64,000 nt of DNA from Elusimicrobiota bacterium. Its GTDB lineage: Bacteria > Elusimicrobiota > Elusimicrobia > UBA1565. Shown here piece after piece: positions 57,301 to 64,000 of the stretch. The notes beneath the pieces are model-generated. The model did no database searches. It was not told the origin of the DNA and saw only the letters and a list, made by a program, of their open reading frames with translations. A program made the translations under genes and the position numbers. The DNA lies in contig JBDRPD010000083.1 in NCBI GenBank assembly GCA_043827405.1, positions 212,025-276,024 on the forward strand, in the 5' to 3' direction. Numbering within the stretch: the stretch's first letter is position 1; each line of letters begins with the position of its first letter.

Positions 57301-57924
57301 TATAATACTTTGTTCTCGCTGATCGATATCGCCAATCTTTCCATGGGGCGCCTGCCCGGCGGCGGAAACCCGGCCTGGTATATGCTGGCCGCCTTTATCG
57401 TTATTACCTCGCTGCTCTGGGGGCAGGTCTACTGCGGCTATATCTGTCCCTTCGGAGCGCTGCAGGAGCTCATCGGAGACTTGGGCCGGCGCCTGGGCTG
57501 GAAGGATAGCGCCATGAGTTGGCTCGACCGTGCCGCGCGCTATATGAAGTATGTGCTGCTGAGCGCGGCGCTATGCGCCTACTGGATTACGCAGGAAACA
57601 GCCTGGATTTCCTTTAATCCCATGCAGCATTTTTTCGCGTTCAAATTTTCCCAAGTGATGGCGGTCCTTGTCATGGTCGTGCTGATCGGGTCGGCTTTCT
57701 ACTTCCGCTTCTGGTGCCGCTACTTCTGTCCCGCCGGCGCTTTCTTCTCGCTGTTCAATAAGCTCGCGCTGGCGCGCCGTTGGGCGCCGGAGCGGCTGGC
57801 GAGCTTATGCGATATCGGCGTGCGCGGGGAATACGACATCGACTGCATCCAGTGCCGGCGCTGCACTTTCCATACGGCGTATGAACGAAAAAGAAAAGAA
57901 AAAAATACGGCCGCGCGACCTTAA
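54337..57924 (+). CDS. Fusion: multi-TM spermidine-synthase-like SAM-fold protein + FMN-binding (flavinylation) domain + NosR/NapH-type 4Fe-4S membrane domain
   Basis: FYGNELS, TPYQNI, ADGRVF, NRYFTREFY, NTDLRP; GFAGP, ETPSY, DALSGATVTS; YCGYICPFGALQE, FWCRYFCPAGA, DCIQCRRC. Confidence 0.85.
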   Translation: MTGSSGVLMRARYLLLFGIAGGFSQVVQALLGRELLVVFYGNELSLGLFYGFWLLWIAVGSRLAGPAAGRTERPGTLLALCAASLPAAAAGAVLLLRLCRRFIDVSPTQFVPLDQLALWSLLATLPVGLLIGAAFPLICRALGREKDVSAAYIWDAIGGLAGGALFTFLLVDALSVVRTWGLLSAALGAGLLLLPRAGRAAGALWLVAGLAAALSPLGGALQKRADTLRWNSLFPRLELVETFDTPYQNISIARLGAQTSVIADGKVAASFPAGVVPAVEASLLYAQVPRARRVLLIAGAAGGLIPELLEYPVERIDCVEPDRGAYERIRKHLPQDWRRALADDRVRVRFADGRVFMREAVGERYDLIVALVGDPASAQLNRYFTREFYADAKAALAPGGVFVTKVTSASNYLGKEVKGYGASVYRTLGEVFGEVRATPGDVNYFFAARGAGVVTLDPGQLARRYMGVRMRRRKVPPQAFASILPPDRVVFVEQALTEKGGELNTDLRPVTYYLNMLLWGRFSGSEWVGALEAIRRAGVGFFLLPAVLLVLLRLGCGLTEEDAGREARFSAGLALAALGFSAMALELVLLFTYQGRFGYVYQKIGLLNGLFMAGLAAGAFLASRRGGHDPGKTLIAAAAAAAGFALLLPELLAAAKLETAYWALVFAAGALPGAGFPPAIRLYNRDLGDVGRASGSLDAADHAGGMFGALITGACLVPLFGVTSACRLAAAALVLACLPLAQYEVRRAGPARALPERLRPSFPYRRTSWLLAAAVMVVFALSALVRGRAAPPLTEFSDAELIAVTGRQQFKYERDPFPYYRVFAAGQVKDGAVFSTFPHAADIKGFAGPLNLMLSLSERGTVRGLRLLESEETPSYIEGIGDWLARFNGLDATRVLRLGREVDALSGATVTSRAVVDIVNKSARSAGKPVLGLDFARVPARSWSAGMGTIKFGVIAVFLALFFPVFLRGGEWARRIYLAAAVGVMGLAYNTLFSLIDIANLSMGRLPGGGNPAWYMLAAFIVITSLLWGQVYCGYICPFGALQELIGDLGRRLGWKDSAMSWLDRAARYMKYVLLSAALCAYWITQETAWISFNPMQHFFAFKFSQVMAVLVMVVLIGSAFYFRFWCRYFCPAGAFFSLFNKLALARRWAPERLASLCDIGVRGEYDIDCIQCRRCTFHTAYERKRKEKNTAARP

Positions 57925-58111
57925 GCTCATCGCGCTGTGCGCCGCGGCTTTGGCTTTGAGCGGAGCCTATATCCATGAATCGCGCGAGCGCGTCGAGCGC
58001 GCCGGCGGCGGCTATCGCCGCGTCGACCTGCGCGCGGTGCAGCGGCTGATCCGCCAAGGCGAGCTCGTCGACCGCGAGGCCATGTATTACCGGACGGAGG
58101 CCCGCCCATGA
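57881..58111 (+). CDS. Small single-TM protein ending in REAMYY (may be the frameshifted tail of the upstream fusion)
   Basis: 76 aa; one TM; RVDLRAVQRLIRQGELVDREAMYY; stop overlaps the radical SAM start (ATGA). Confidence 0.65.
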   Translation: MNEKEKKKIRPRDLKLIALCAAALALSGAYIHESRERVERAGGGYRRVDLRAVQRLIRQGELVDREAMYYRTEARP

Positions 58112-59091
58112 AGCTGGATGTGATCTGCGAGCTTTGTCCCAAGCTCTGCCGCATCCCGGACGGCGCGGCCGGCGACTGCCGGGTGCGCGTCAATATCGGC
58201 GGCAAGCTGCGGACCACGATCTACGGCCGGCCGAGCTCGGTGCATATCGATCCGATCGAGAAGAAGCCGCTGGCGCATTTCCTGCCGCGCTCGCGGACCT
58301 TTTCCATCGCCACCGCCGGCTGCAACCTGCACTGCCGCAACTGCCAGAACTGGCAGCTCTCGCAGCGCGACGGCGCCGAGATGGAGGTGCGCTTCAAGGC
58401 CGAGCCCGAGCGCGTGGTGGCCGAGGCGGTGCGGACCGGATGCTTGTCTATCGCCTATACCTATTCGGACCCGGTCGTTTTCTACGAGTACGTCTACGAC
58501 ACCGCGCGCCTGGCGGCCGAGCGCGGCATCAAGAACGTGCTGGTGACCGCCGGCTATATCAACCGCCAGCCGCTCAAGCGGCTGCTCAAGCATATCGATG
58601 CCAGCAATACCGACCTGAAGTACTTCGACGACGCGCTTTACAAGAAGTACAGCGACGCGGGCCTGCGGCCCGTGCTCGACGCTTTGGTGCTGCAGAAGGA
58701 GGAGAACGTCTGGCTTGAGGTTACGAACCTCGTCATCCCGACCCTCAACGACGATATGGCTGTGGTGCGGCGCATGGCCAAGTGGATGGCGGCCAACCTC
58801 GGCGCTGATACGCCGCTGCACTTCAGCCGTTTTTTCCCGCAGTACCAGATGCAGAATCTCCCGCCCACGCCGGCGGCGACCTTGCTCAATGCCCGGCGCG
58901 AAGCCATGGACGCGGGGCTCAAATACGTCTATGTCGGCAACCTGCACGGCCATGATGCCGAGTCCACGATCTGTCCGACCGACGGCAAGATCCTGGTGCG
59001 GCGGATCGGTTATCTCGTTCCCGAAATTCATATCAAGAACGGCCGCTGCGAATACTGCCGGACCCCCATTGCGGGGAGGTGGAGCTTATGA
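58108..59091 (+). CDS. amrS: AmmeMemoRadiSam system radical SAM enzyme
   Basis: CELCPKLC, DPIEKKPL.HFLP, GCNLHCRNCQNW.LSQ, IAYTYSDP, PLHFSRFFP.Y, YVYVGN. Confidence 0.93.
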   Translation: MKLDVICELCPKLCRIPDGAAGDCRVRVNIGGKLRTTIYGRPSSVHIDPIEKKPLAHFLPRSRTFSIATAGCNLHCRNCQNWQLSQRDGAEMEVRFKAEPERVVAEAVRTGCLSIAYTYSDPVVFYEYVYDTARLAAERGIKNVLVTAGYINRQPLKRLLKHIDASNTDLKYFDDALYKKYSDAGLRPVLDALVLQKEENVWLEVTNLVIPTLNDDMAVVRRMAKWMAANLGADTPLHFSRFFPQYQMQNLPPTPAATLLNARREAMDAGLKYVYVGNLHGHDAESTICPTDGKILVRRIGYLVPEIHIKNGRCEYCRTPIAGRWSL

Positions 59092-59246
59092 AGCAGGACA
59101 AAAATGAAAGAGTGTCGCGCCGGGGCTTTCTGGCCGGCTTGGCGGCGGCGCTCGCCGCCGCCTTCGGCGGCGGGAAACCGGACGCCGGCAAGGAGCGCGA
59201 TCTGCATGAAGCCGATTACTATAAACGTCATGACCTGGCGGGCTAA
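59088..59246 (+). CDS. Unannotated 52-aa twin-arginine (Tat) signal peptide protein
   Basis: Manual translation MKQDKNERVSRRGFLAGLAAALAAAFGGGKPDAGKERDLHEADYYKRHDLAG; GGAGG RBS, ATGA overlap with amrS, stop 4 nt before the next ATG. Confidence 0.8.
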   Translation: MKQDKNERVSRRGFLAGLAAALAAAFGGGKPDAGKERDLHEADYYKRHDLAG

Positions 59247-59250
59247 GGCG

Positions 59251-60759
59251 ATGCGCAGCTGCCTCGCCGCGTTATGGCTTTTGGTCTCGCCCGCCTGCGC
59301 CGGGCCGCAGGACGACGCCGGGGTGCGGCCCAGCGCTCTGGCCGGCTCCTGGTATTTGGGCGACGCGGCGCAGTTGAGAAACCGTCTCGAGCTCTATCTG
59401 GAGCGCGCCGGCACGCCCGAGCTCGACGGCCGTCCGCTGGCGCTGATCTCGCCGCATGCCGGCTACCGCTATTCGGGTCAGGCGGCCGCCTACGGCTTCA
59501 AGGCGCTGCGGGGCCGCGGGATCAAGCGGGTGGTGATCATGGGCTTGAGCCACAGCGAGGGCTATGACGGCGCCTCGGTCCCCGGCTTCACCCACTACGA
59601 GACGCCGCTGGGCAAGGTTAAAGTGGACCGCGCGGCGATCGATAAGCTGCGCAAGCATCCGCTGTTTAGCACCCGGCCGAGCGTACACCGCCGGGAGCAT
59701 TCGCTGGAGATTCAGTTGCCTTTCCTGCAGGTGGTGCTGGATAAGGGCTTCTCGATCGTGCCGGTGGCCTTTGGGAACTTGGCGCCGAAGGACTACCCCG
59801 AGGCGGCGCGGGCGATCAGGGAAATTCTCGATGATGAGACGGTCATCGTCGCGAGCTCGGACTTCATGCACTATGGTTCCCGCTTCGGCTATATGCCGTT
59901 CAAGAAAGAGGCGGCGAAAAATATCGCGGCCTATGACATGCAGGCCGTGGACGCCATCCTGGCCAAGGACTTTAAGGCTTTCTATGCCCGGCAGCAAAAG
60001 ACCGGCAATACCATATGCGGCCGGGTGCCGATCGGGGTGCTGCTGCATCTGTTGGGCGAGGACGCGCATGGGACGCTGGCGCGCTACTACCGCTCGGGCG
60101 AGCTTACGGGCCAATGGGACGGCTCGGTGAGCTATGTCTCGGCGGTCTTTACAGCGGGCAAAAAAGACGCCAAGTTCGCCGGCGCGGAAAGAGACGAGCG
60201 GGAGAAAGCGATGCTCTCGCCCGCCGAGCAGGAGCGCTTGCTGATTTTGGCGCGCTCGACGGTGGACTCCTACGTGCGGCGCAAGCAGGTCCCCGATACC
60301 AAGGTCCTGTCGGCCAAGGTCAAGGCCGGGCTGGAGAAGACCCGGGGGGTTTTCGTGACGCTGAAAAAGCATGGCCAGCTGCGCGGCTGCATCGGCAGCA
60401 TCGTGGGCCGCGAGCCGCTGGTCGACGGAGTGGTGCGCAATGCGGTCAATGCCTGCTCCTTCGACCATCGCTTCCAGCCGGTCACGCCCGATGAGCTCAA
60501 GGATATCGAGCTTGAGGTTTCGGTGCTCAGCCCGTTGCGGAAAGTATCGGGCTATGACCGCATCATCCCGGGCTGGCATGGGGTGCTTTTGACCAAGGGC
60601 CGGCGGCAGGCGGTTTTTCTGCCGCAGGTGGCGATGGAGTTCAACTGGGAAATCGAGGAGACCTTGACCCAGCTGGCGCGCAAGGCGGGGCTGCCGTCCG
60701 ACGGCTGGAAAGAGGGGGCGGAGTTCGAGGTCTTCGAGGCGCAGATTATCCCGGAGTAG
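59251..60759 (+). CDS. Fused AmmeMemoRadiSam protein B (MEMO1-like) + protein A (AMMECR1-like) with N-terminal signal peptide
   Basis: VRPSALAGSWY, PHAGYRYSG, EHSLEIQLPFLQ, SSDFMHYG, TICG; then GVFVTL, LRGCIG, D.RF.PV, EVSVLS, FLPQVA; ATG 59251 gives MRSCLAALWLLVSPACA. Confidence 0.92.
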   Translation: MRSCLAALWLLVSPACAGPQDDAGVRPSALAGSWYLGDAAQLRNRLELYLERAGTPELDGRPLALISPHAGYRYSGQAAAYGFKALRGRGIKRVVIMGLSHSEGYDGASVPGFTHYETPLGKVKVDRAAIDKLRKHPLFSTRPSVHRREHSLEIQLPFLQVVLDKGFSIVPVAFGNLAPKDYPEAARAIREILDDETVIVASSDFMHYGSRFGYMPFKKEAAKNIAAYDMQAVDAILAKDFKAFYARQQKTGNTICGRVPIGVLLHLLGEDAHGTLARYYRSGELTGQWDGSVSYVSAVFTAGKKDAKFAGAERDEREKAMLSPAEQERLLILARSTVDSYVRRKQVPDTKVLSAKVKAGLEKTRGVFVTLKKHGQLRGCIGSIVGREPLVDGVVRNAVNACSFDHRFQPVTPDELKDIELEVSVLSPLRKVSGYDRIIPGWHGVLLTKGRRQAVFLPQVAMEFNWEIEETLTQLARKAGLPSDGWKEGAEFEVFEAQIIPE

Positions 60760-60769
60760 GCGTTAAGCT

Positions 60770-60853
60770 GCTGCTGGGAAGCTGCTTGTGAAAAGCGGCG
60801 CTTCCTTCCCGTAGAGAGCTTAGCCCGTCCGGCGGGAATGCGCCGGGGGCGGG
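60770..60853. repeat. Repeat copy 1 (internally deleted)
   Basis: GGAAGCTGCTTGTGAAAAGCGGCGCTTCCTT joined directly to AGAGAGCTTAGCCCG..GGCGGGAATGCGCC; lacks the central promoter segment. Confidence 0.85.
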
Positions 60854-60870
60854 CGGCTTGGGGCGGAAAC

Positions 60871-62061
60871 TCAGCGCGCCTTGAAGACCCGGCGGAATTT
60901 CCGCCAAGGAAGAGCGCGCACGCAGGAATCGAGCGGCCCCTCGTCATCCGAGAAACTCAGGAGAAAGGCGCGCTCGCTTCCCAGAGCCCTCGCGGCGCGA
61001 GAGAGCGTACGCGCGTGCTCACGGCGCAGGGTCTTGGAGCGCTTGATCTCCACCGGAACAAGACCTTTCGCCCGGCCGAAATCCAAGACCAGGTCGACCT
61101 CGTTGCCGTTGGTGTCTCGATAGAAATAGAGCTCGTAAGGCGCTGCGCGATTGAGCTTCTCCTTCAGGAACTCCAGCAGCATCATGTTCTCGAAGAACGC
61201 CCCGGCCATCGGCCCGGCGCTTAAAGTCTCCGGGGCGGAGTACTTGAGCAGGTACGCCAGCAGGCCGGTATCCGTGAAATACAGTTTCGGACTCTTGACC
61301 ACCCGCTTGCTCAAGTTCCGGGAATAGGGCCGCAGGAGATAGACGATGCGCGTCGTCTCCAAGAGGGAGAGCCAGCGCCGGGCGTTGCTGTGGCTGATGC
61401 CCGCCTCCCGCGATATGCCGTTGAGATTGAGGAGCCCCCCGGCGCGCGCGGCCAAGAGTTCCAGGAAGTCCTGAAACATCGAAAGGTCCTGGACCGAGCG
61501 AATTCGGCGGATATCCCTCTCGAGATAGGTCTGCAGGTAGGATCCATAGTAGTCCGCGGCGTGCACGCCGTGAACGGCGGGGTCCGGATAGAATCCCCGG
61601 AGCATCTGGGCAAAGCAGCCGCTCACCGAACGTTCATGCGGCCCGGGCAGCTCTTCCCAAGAGAAGCCCAGCAGCTCGAAGACCGCCGCCCTCCCGGCAA
61701 GGCTCTCCGTAAGCCCCTGCATAAGCGGGAAGGACTGCGAACCGGTAAGCAGAAAGCGTCCGCAATCGTCGCGGTCGCGGTCGACGGCCGTCTTGATATA
61801 GGACAGGAGTTCCGGCGCGTACTGGATCTCGTCGATGATGGCGCGGCGCCCCGCTTTTTCCAAGAACAGACCGGGGTCCTCCTTGGCGAGTCCCCGGTTG
61901 AGAGCGTCGTCGAGCGACAGCACCTTGTGGCGGGGAAAGGTTTTGGCCAACAGCGTGGATTTTCCGGTCTGCCGCGGTCCCGTCAGGACCACGACCGGGA
62001 ACTGGCTCGCCGCCCGCCTGAGGCGGCTCGCCAGGACGCGGGGAAGGAAGCGCTTGCGCAT
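60871..62061 (-). CDS. AAA_14 ATPase with DUF4143 domain
   Basis: LTGPRQTGKST, IIDEIQYAP, LTGSQ, ESLAGR, TYLERD, KSPKLYFTDTG, EVDLV, EIK; promoter TTGACC-N17-CATAAT 6 nt before ATG 62061. Confidence 0.92.
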   Translation of the reverse strand: MRKRFLPRVLASRLRRAASQFPVVVLTGPRQTGKSTLLAKTFPRHKVLSLDDALNRGLAKEDPGLFLEKAGRRAIIDEIQYAPELLSYIKTAVDRDRDDCGRFLLTGSQSFPLMQGLTESLAGRAAVFELLGFSWEELPGPHERSVSGCFAQMLRGFYPDPAVHGVHAADYYGSYLQTYLERDIRRIRSVQDLSMFQDFLELLAARAGGLLNLNGISREAGISHSNARRWLSLLETTRIVYLLRPYSRNLSKRVVKSPKLYFTDTGLLAYLLKYSAPETLSAGPMAGAFFENMMLLEFLKEKLNRAAPYELYFYRDTNGNEVDLVLDFGRAKGLVPVEIKRSKTLRREHARTLSRAARALGSERAFLLSFSDDEGPLDSCVRALPWRKFRRVFKAR

Positions 62062-62104
62062 GTTGATATTATGCAAATTCGCCTTTGAAAGGTCAAATTA
62101 CATT

Positions 62105-62243
62105 GCTGATAGGAAGCTGCTTGTGAAAAGCGGCGCTTCCTTTCCTGAATTCGCTCTCTCGACGGATCATCAACGGCCTTCCATTCTGTAGAGCTTCGCT
62201 CGCGCGGCGGTAATGCGCCAGGGGAGGGGAGAAATCTGGGGAA
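62105..62243. repeat. Repeat copy 2 (~140 bp)
   Basis: GCTGATAGGAAGCTGCTTGTGAAAAGCGGCGCTTCCTTTCCTGAATTCGCTCTC...GAGAAATCTGGGGAA. Confidence 0.92.
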
Positions 62244-62424
62244 AGGGGCGGCGGTGGTGAGACCAAGATATATAATAAGGGATTATCATTAATCTTGACC
62301 CGATCCTATTATTGGACACTATGGTCAAGACAGCTTCGACAAGTCGGACGTTCTGGAGCGTGGGAAAGGAAAAGAAGGACACGCGACCACCACTTTCGCA
62401 ATCATATCTTCGACCCCGTTCAAG

Positions 62425-63573
62425 TCAGAACTTGAGAGTGCTCATCTGGGCGAGCGGCAGGGCTGAGATCCTCTTGGCAAGTTCGAACGTTCGGGTCCCG
62501 GGATAGACGACCCACAAGTGCTTCAACCGCAAGTCCTTCATGACCACATGCATGGACTTGGTCGTTGTGGGAGAGTCGACGTATTTCATCTCGAAGCCGT
62601 AGCGCCGTCCGCCGCGCACGACAAGCAGGTCGAGCTCGGCCCCTCCGTGGGTCTTGTAGAAGTAGGCGTCCCGGTCCGCGTCCAGATGCCGGATGACCTC
62701 CTCGAGCGCGAACCCCTCCCACGAGAACCCCAGCGCCGGATGGGATTGAAGCTCGCGCGCGGTCCTCAAGCGCAGGAGCGCGTGCAGGAGCCCGGTGTCT
62801 CGGAAGTACAGCTTCGGCGCCTTGACCAGTCTCTTGCCCAGGTTCTCGAACCAAGGCTGGAGCTGGCGGATCATGTAGGAGCCCGTGAGGATGTCGAGGT
62901 AGCGCTGGGCCGTGGCCTCCTGGGTTTTCATGGATCTTGCCAGCGCCGCGGCATTCCACGTCTGGCCCTGGAGATGCGCCGCCATCATCCAGAAGCGTCT
63001 CAGCGCGGTTGCCGGCACCCGCACGCCTAGGGCCGGGAGGTCCCGCTCCAGGTGGGTCCGGATGAAGTCCAGCCGCCAGCGATAGCTGTCCTCCTCGCTG
63101 CGCGCCAGGTAGGAGTTGGGAAGCCCCCCACGCCGCCATAGGCGGGCGTCGTTTCGGACACCAACCTCCTCCGACGTGAAGCCCTCCATCTCGACATGGG
63201 TCACCCGCCCGGCTAGGGACTCCGACACGCCTCGGACCAGTTCCGGGGAGGCGCTCCCCAGCAGGAGGAACCTCGCAGGCAGAGGCTTGCGATCGGCCAG
63301 GACGCGCAGGAAGGGAAAGAGCGCGGGCTCGCGCTGGCACTCGTCGATGACCACGAGCCCCCTCTTGTCCCGCAGGTTCAAGGCCAGCGTCTCTCGGTCC
63401 AGCGGCGTTTCGGGGTCCTCGAGATCAAAATACGCGGTGCGCGCACGCCGAGCCAAGCGCCTGGCCAGGGAGGTCTTCCCGCACTGCCGCGGCCCGAGCA
63501 GAAGCGTGACGGGGGCGCGCTTGAGAGCTCTTTCCAGCCGGTTCTCCAAGGTCTTTCGGGGAATCCATCCCAT
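62425..63573 (-). CDS. AAA_14 ATPase with DUF4143 domain (divergent second member)
   Basis: LGPRQCGKTS, VIDECQ, LGSAS, ESLAGR, LERD, KAPKLYFRDTG, ELDL, FEMK; promoter TTGAAA-N17-TAAAAT 7 nt before ATG 63573. Confidence 0.92.
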   Translation of the reverse strand: MGWIPRKTLENRLERALKRAPVTLLLGPRQCGKTSLARRLARRARTAYFDLEDPETPLDRETLALNLRDKRGLVVIDECQREPALFPFLRVLADRKPLPARFLLLGSASPELVRGVSESLAGRVTHVEMEGFTSEEVGVRNDARLWRRGGLPNSYLARSEEDSYRWRLDFIRTHLERDLPALGVRVPATALRRFWMMAAHLQGQTWNAAALARSMKTQEATAQRYLDILTGSYMIRQLQPWFENLGKRLVKAPKLYFRDTGLLHALLRLRTARELQSHPALGFSWEGFALEEVIRHLDADRDAYFYKTHGGAELDLLVVRGGRRYGFEMKYVDSPTTTKSMHVVMKDLRLKHLWVVYPGTRTFELAKRISALPLAQMSTLKF

Positions 63574-63859
63574 ACCTTGAATTTTACCATGCAGACTGGT
63601 AATTTTCAAGAATATATTCTATCCGATCTCGCCCCACGGATAGCGGCCCAATGAGAAGCCAACCGGCAAGATGCTGCCGTTCGGCAAGCTAATCGGCGAC
63701 ATGATGCCGTTCAGGAAATAGACCGCCCTGGCATCATGACCATTCCCCTCAATCCCTTCCGCCCTCGGACCGATACGAAATCGCTCTCATCCATGAAAAG
63801 AACAGGAAGCCATTTGACCCAGCGAGCCAAATGGCTTTCTCCATTCTGGAATTAGCTTG

Positions 63860-64000
63860 GCTGATAGGAAGCTGCTTGTGAAAAGCGGCGCTTCCTTTCC
63901 TGAATTCGCTCTCTTGACGGATCATCAACGGCCTTCCATCCTGAAGAGAGCTTAGCCCGCGCGGCGGGAATGCGCCAGGGGCGGGGAGAAATCTGGGGAA
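63860..64000. repeat. Repeat copy 3 (~140 bp, runs to window edge)
   Basis: Near-identical to 62105-62243; contains TTGACG-N17-CATCCT on the + strand. Confidence 0.92.

Noticed and set aside
59104..59250. N-terminal 49 aa of the ORF-track call for the MEMO-AMMECR1 fusion
   Set aside because: This stretch is better explained by the Tat peptide in another frame; ATG 59251 gives a clean signal peptide
62244..62424. Short ORF 62312-62506 and a weak GGATTA..TAATC resemblance to the lexA palindrome near 62280
   Set aside because: The ORF has no recognisable features and overlaps the ATPase end; the palindrome spacing and arms do not match well enough
60770..64000. Repeats as a CRISPR array or classical integron attC sites
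   Set aside because: The units are ~140 bp separated by more than 1 kb; there are no cas or intI genes in the window and no RYYYAAC...GTTRRRY ends
1..64000. tRNA, rRNA, transposase or prophage genes
   Set aside because: None recognised by eye; intergenic spaces are short. A tRNAscan/Infernal run would be needed to exclude small RNAs

Overview
A GC-rich, gene-dense bacterial chromosomal window. The gene content (multiple caspase-domain lipoproteins, many orphan secreted proteins) is suggestive of an Elusimicrobiota-like genome, but this is inference only. No rRNA, tRNA, CRISPR array or transposase was recognised. Left to right: a cluster of three caspase (peptidase C14) lipoproteins, one lacking the catalytic Cys; a lexA-small ORF-dinB cassette with a perfect 14-bp-arm palindrome over its promoter; a CHASE2 Ser/Thr kinase-PP2C-double-FHA operon; a Na+/solute symporter; a four-subunit 2-oxoacid:ferredoxin oxidoreductase followed by a fused PreT-PreA-type reductase, ssnA and an aldehyde dehydrogenase; a GPI ethanolamine-phosphate-transferase-like membrane enzyme convergent with a GT2; a secreted metallopeptidase operon; a second purine-catabolism-like operon (two PLP enzymes, carbamate kinase, YgeY-like, YgeW-like); and an expanded AmmeMemoRadiSam locus. 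That locus has a spermidine-synthase/FMN-binding/4Fe-4S fusion, an unannotated 52-aa Tat peptide, a repeated EAxYY motif and an exported MEMO-AMMECR1 fusion. The window ends in two AAA_14/DUF4143 ATPases bracketed by three copies of a ~140-bp promoter-bearing repeat. Many genes appear to be leaderless. All family calls come from motif recognition by eye; no searches were run.
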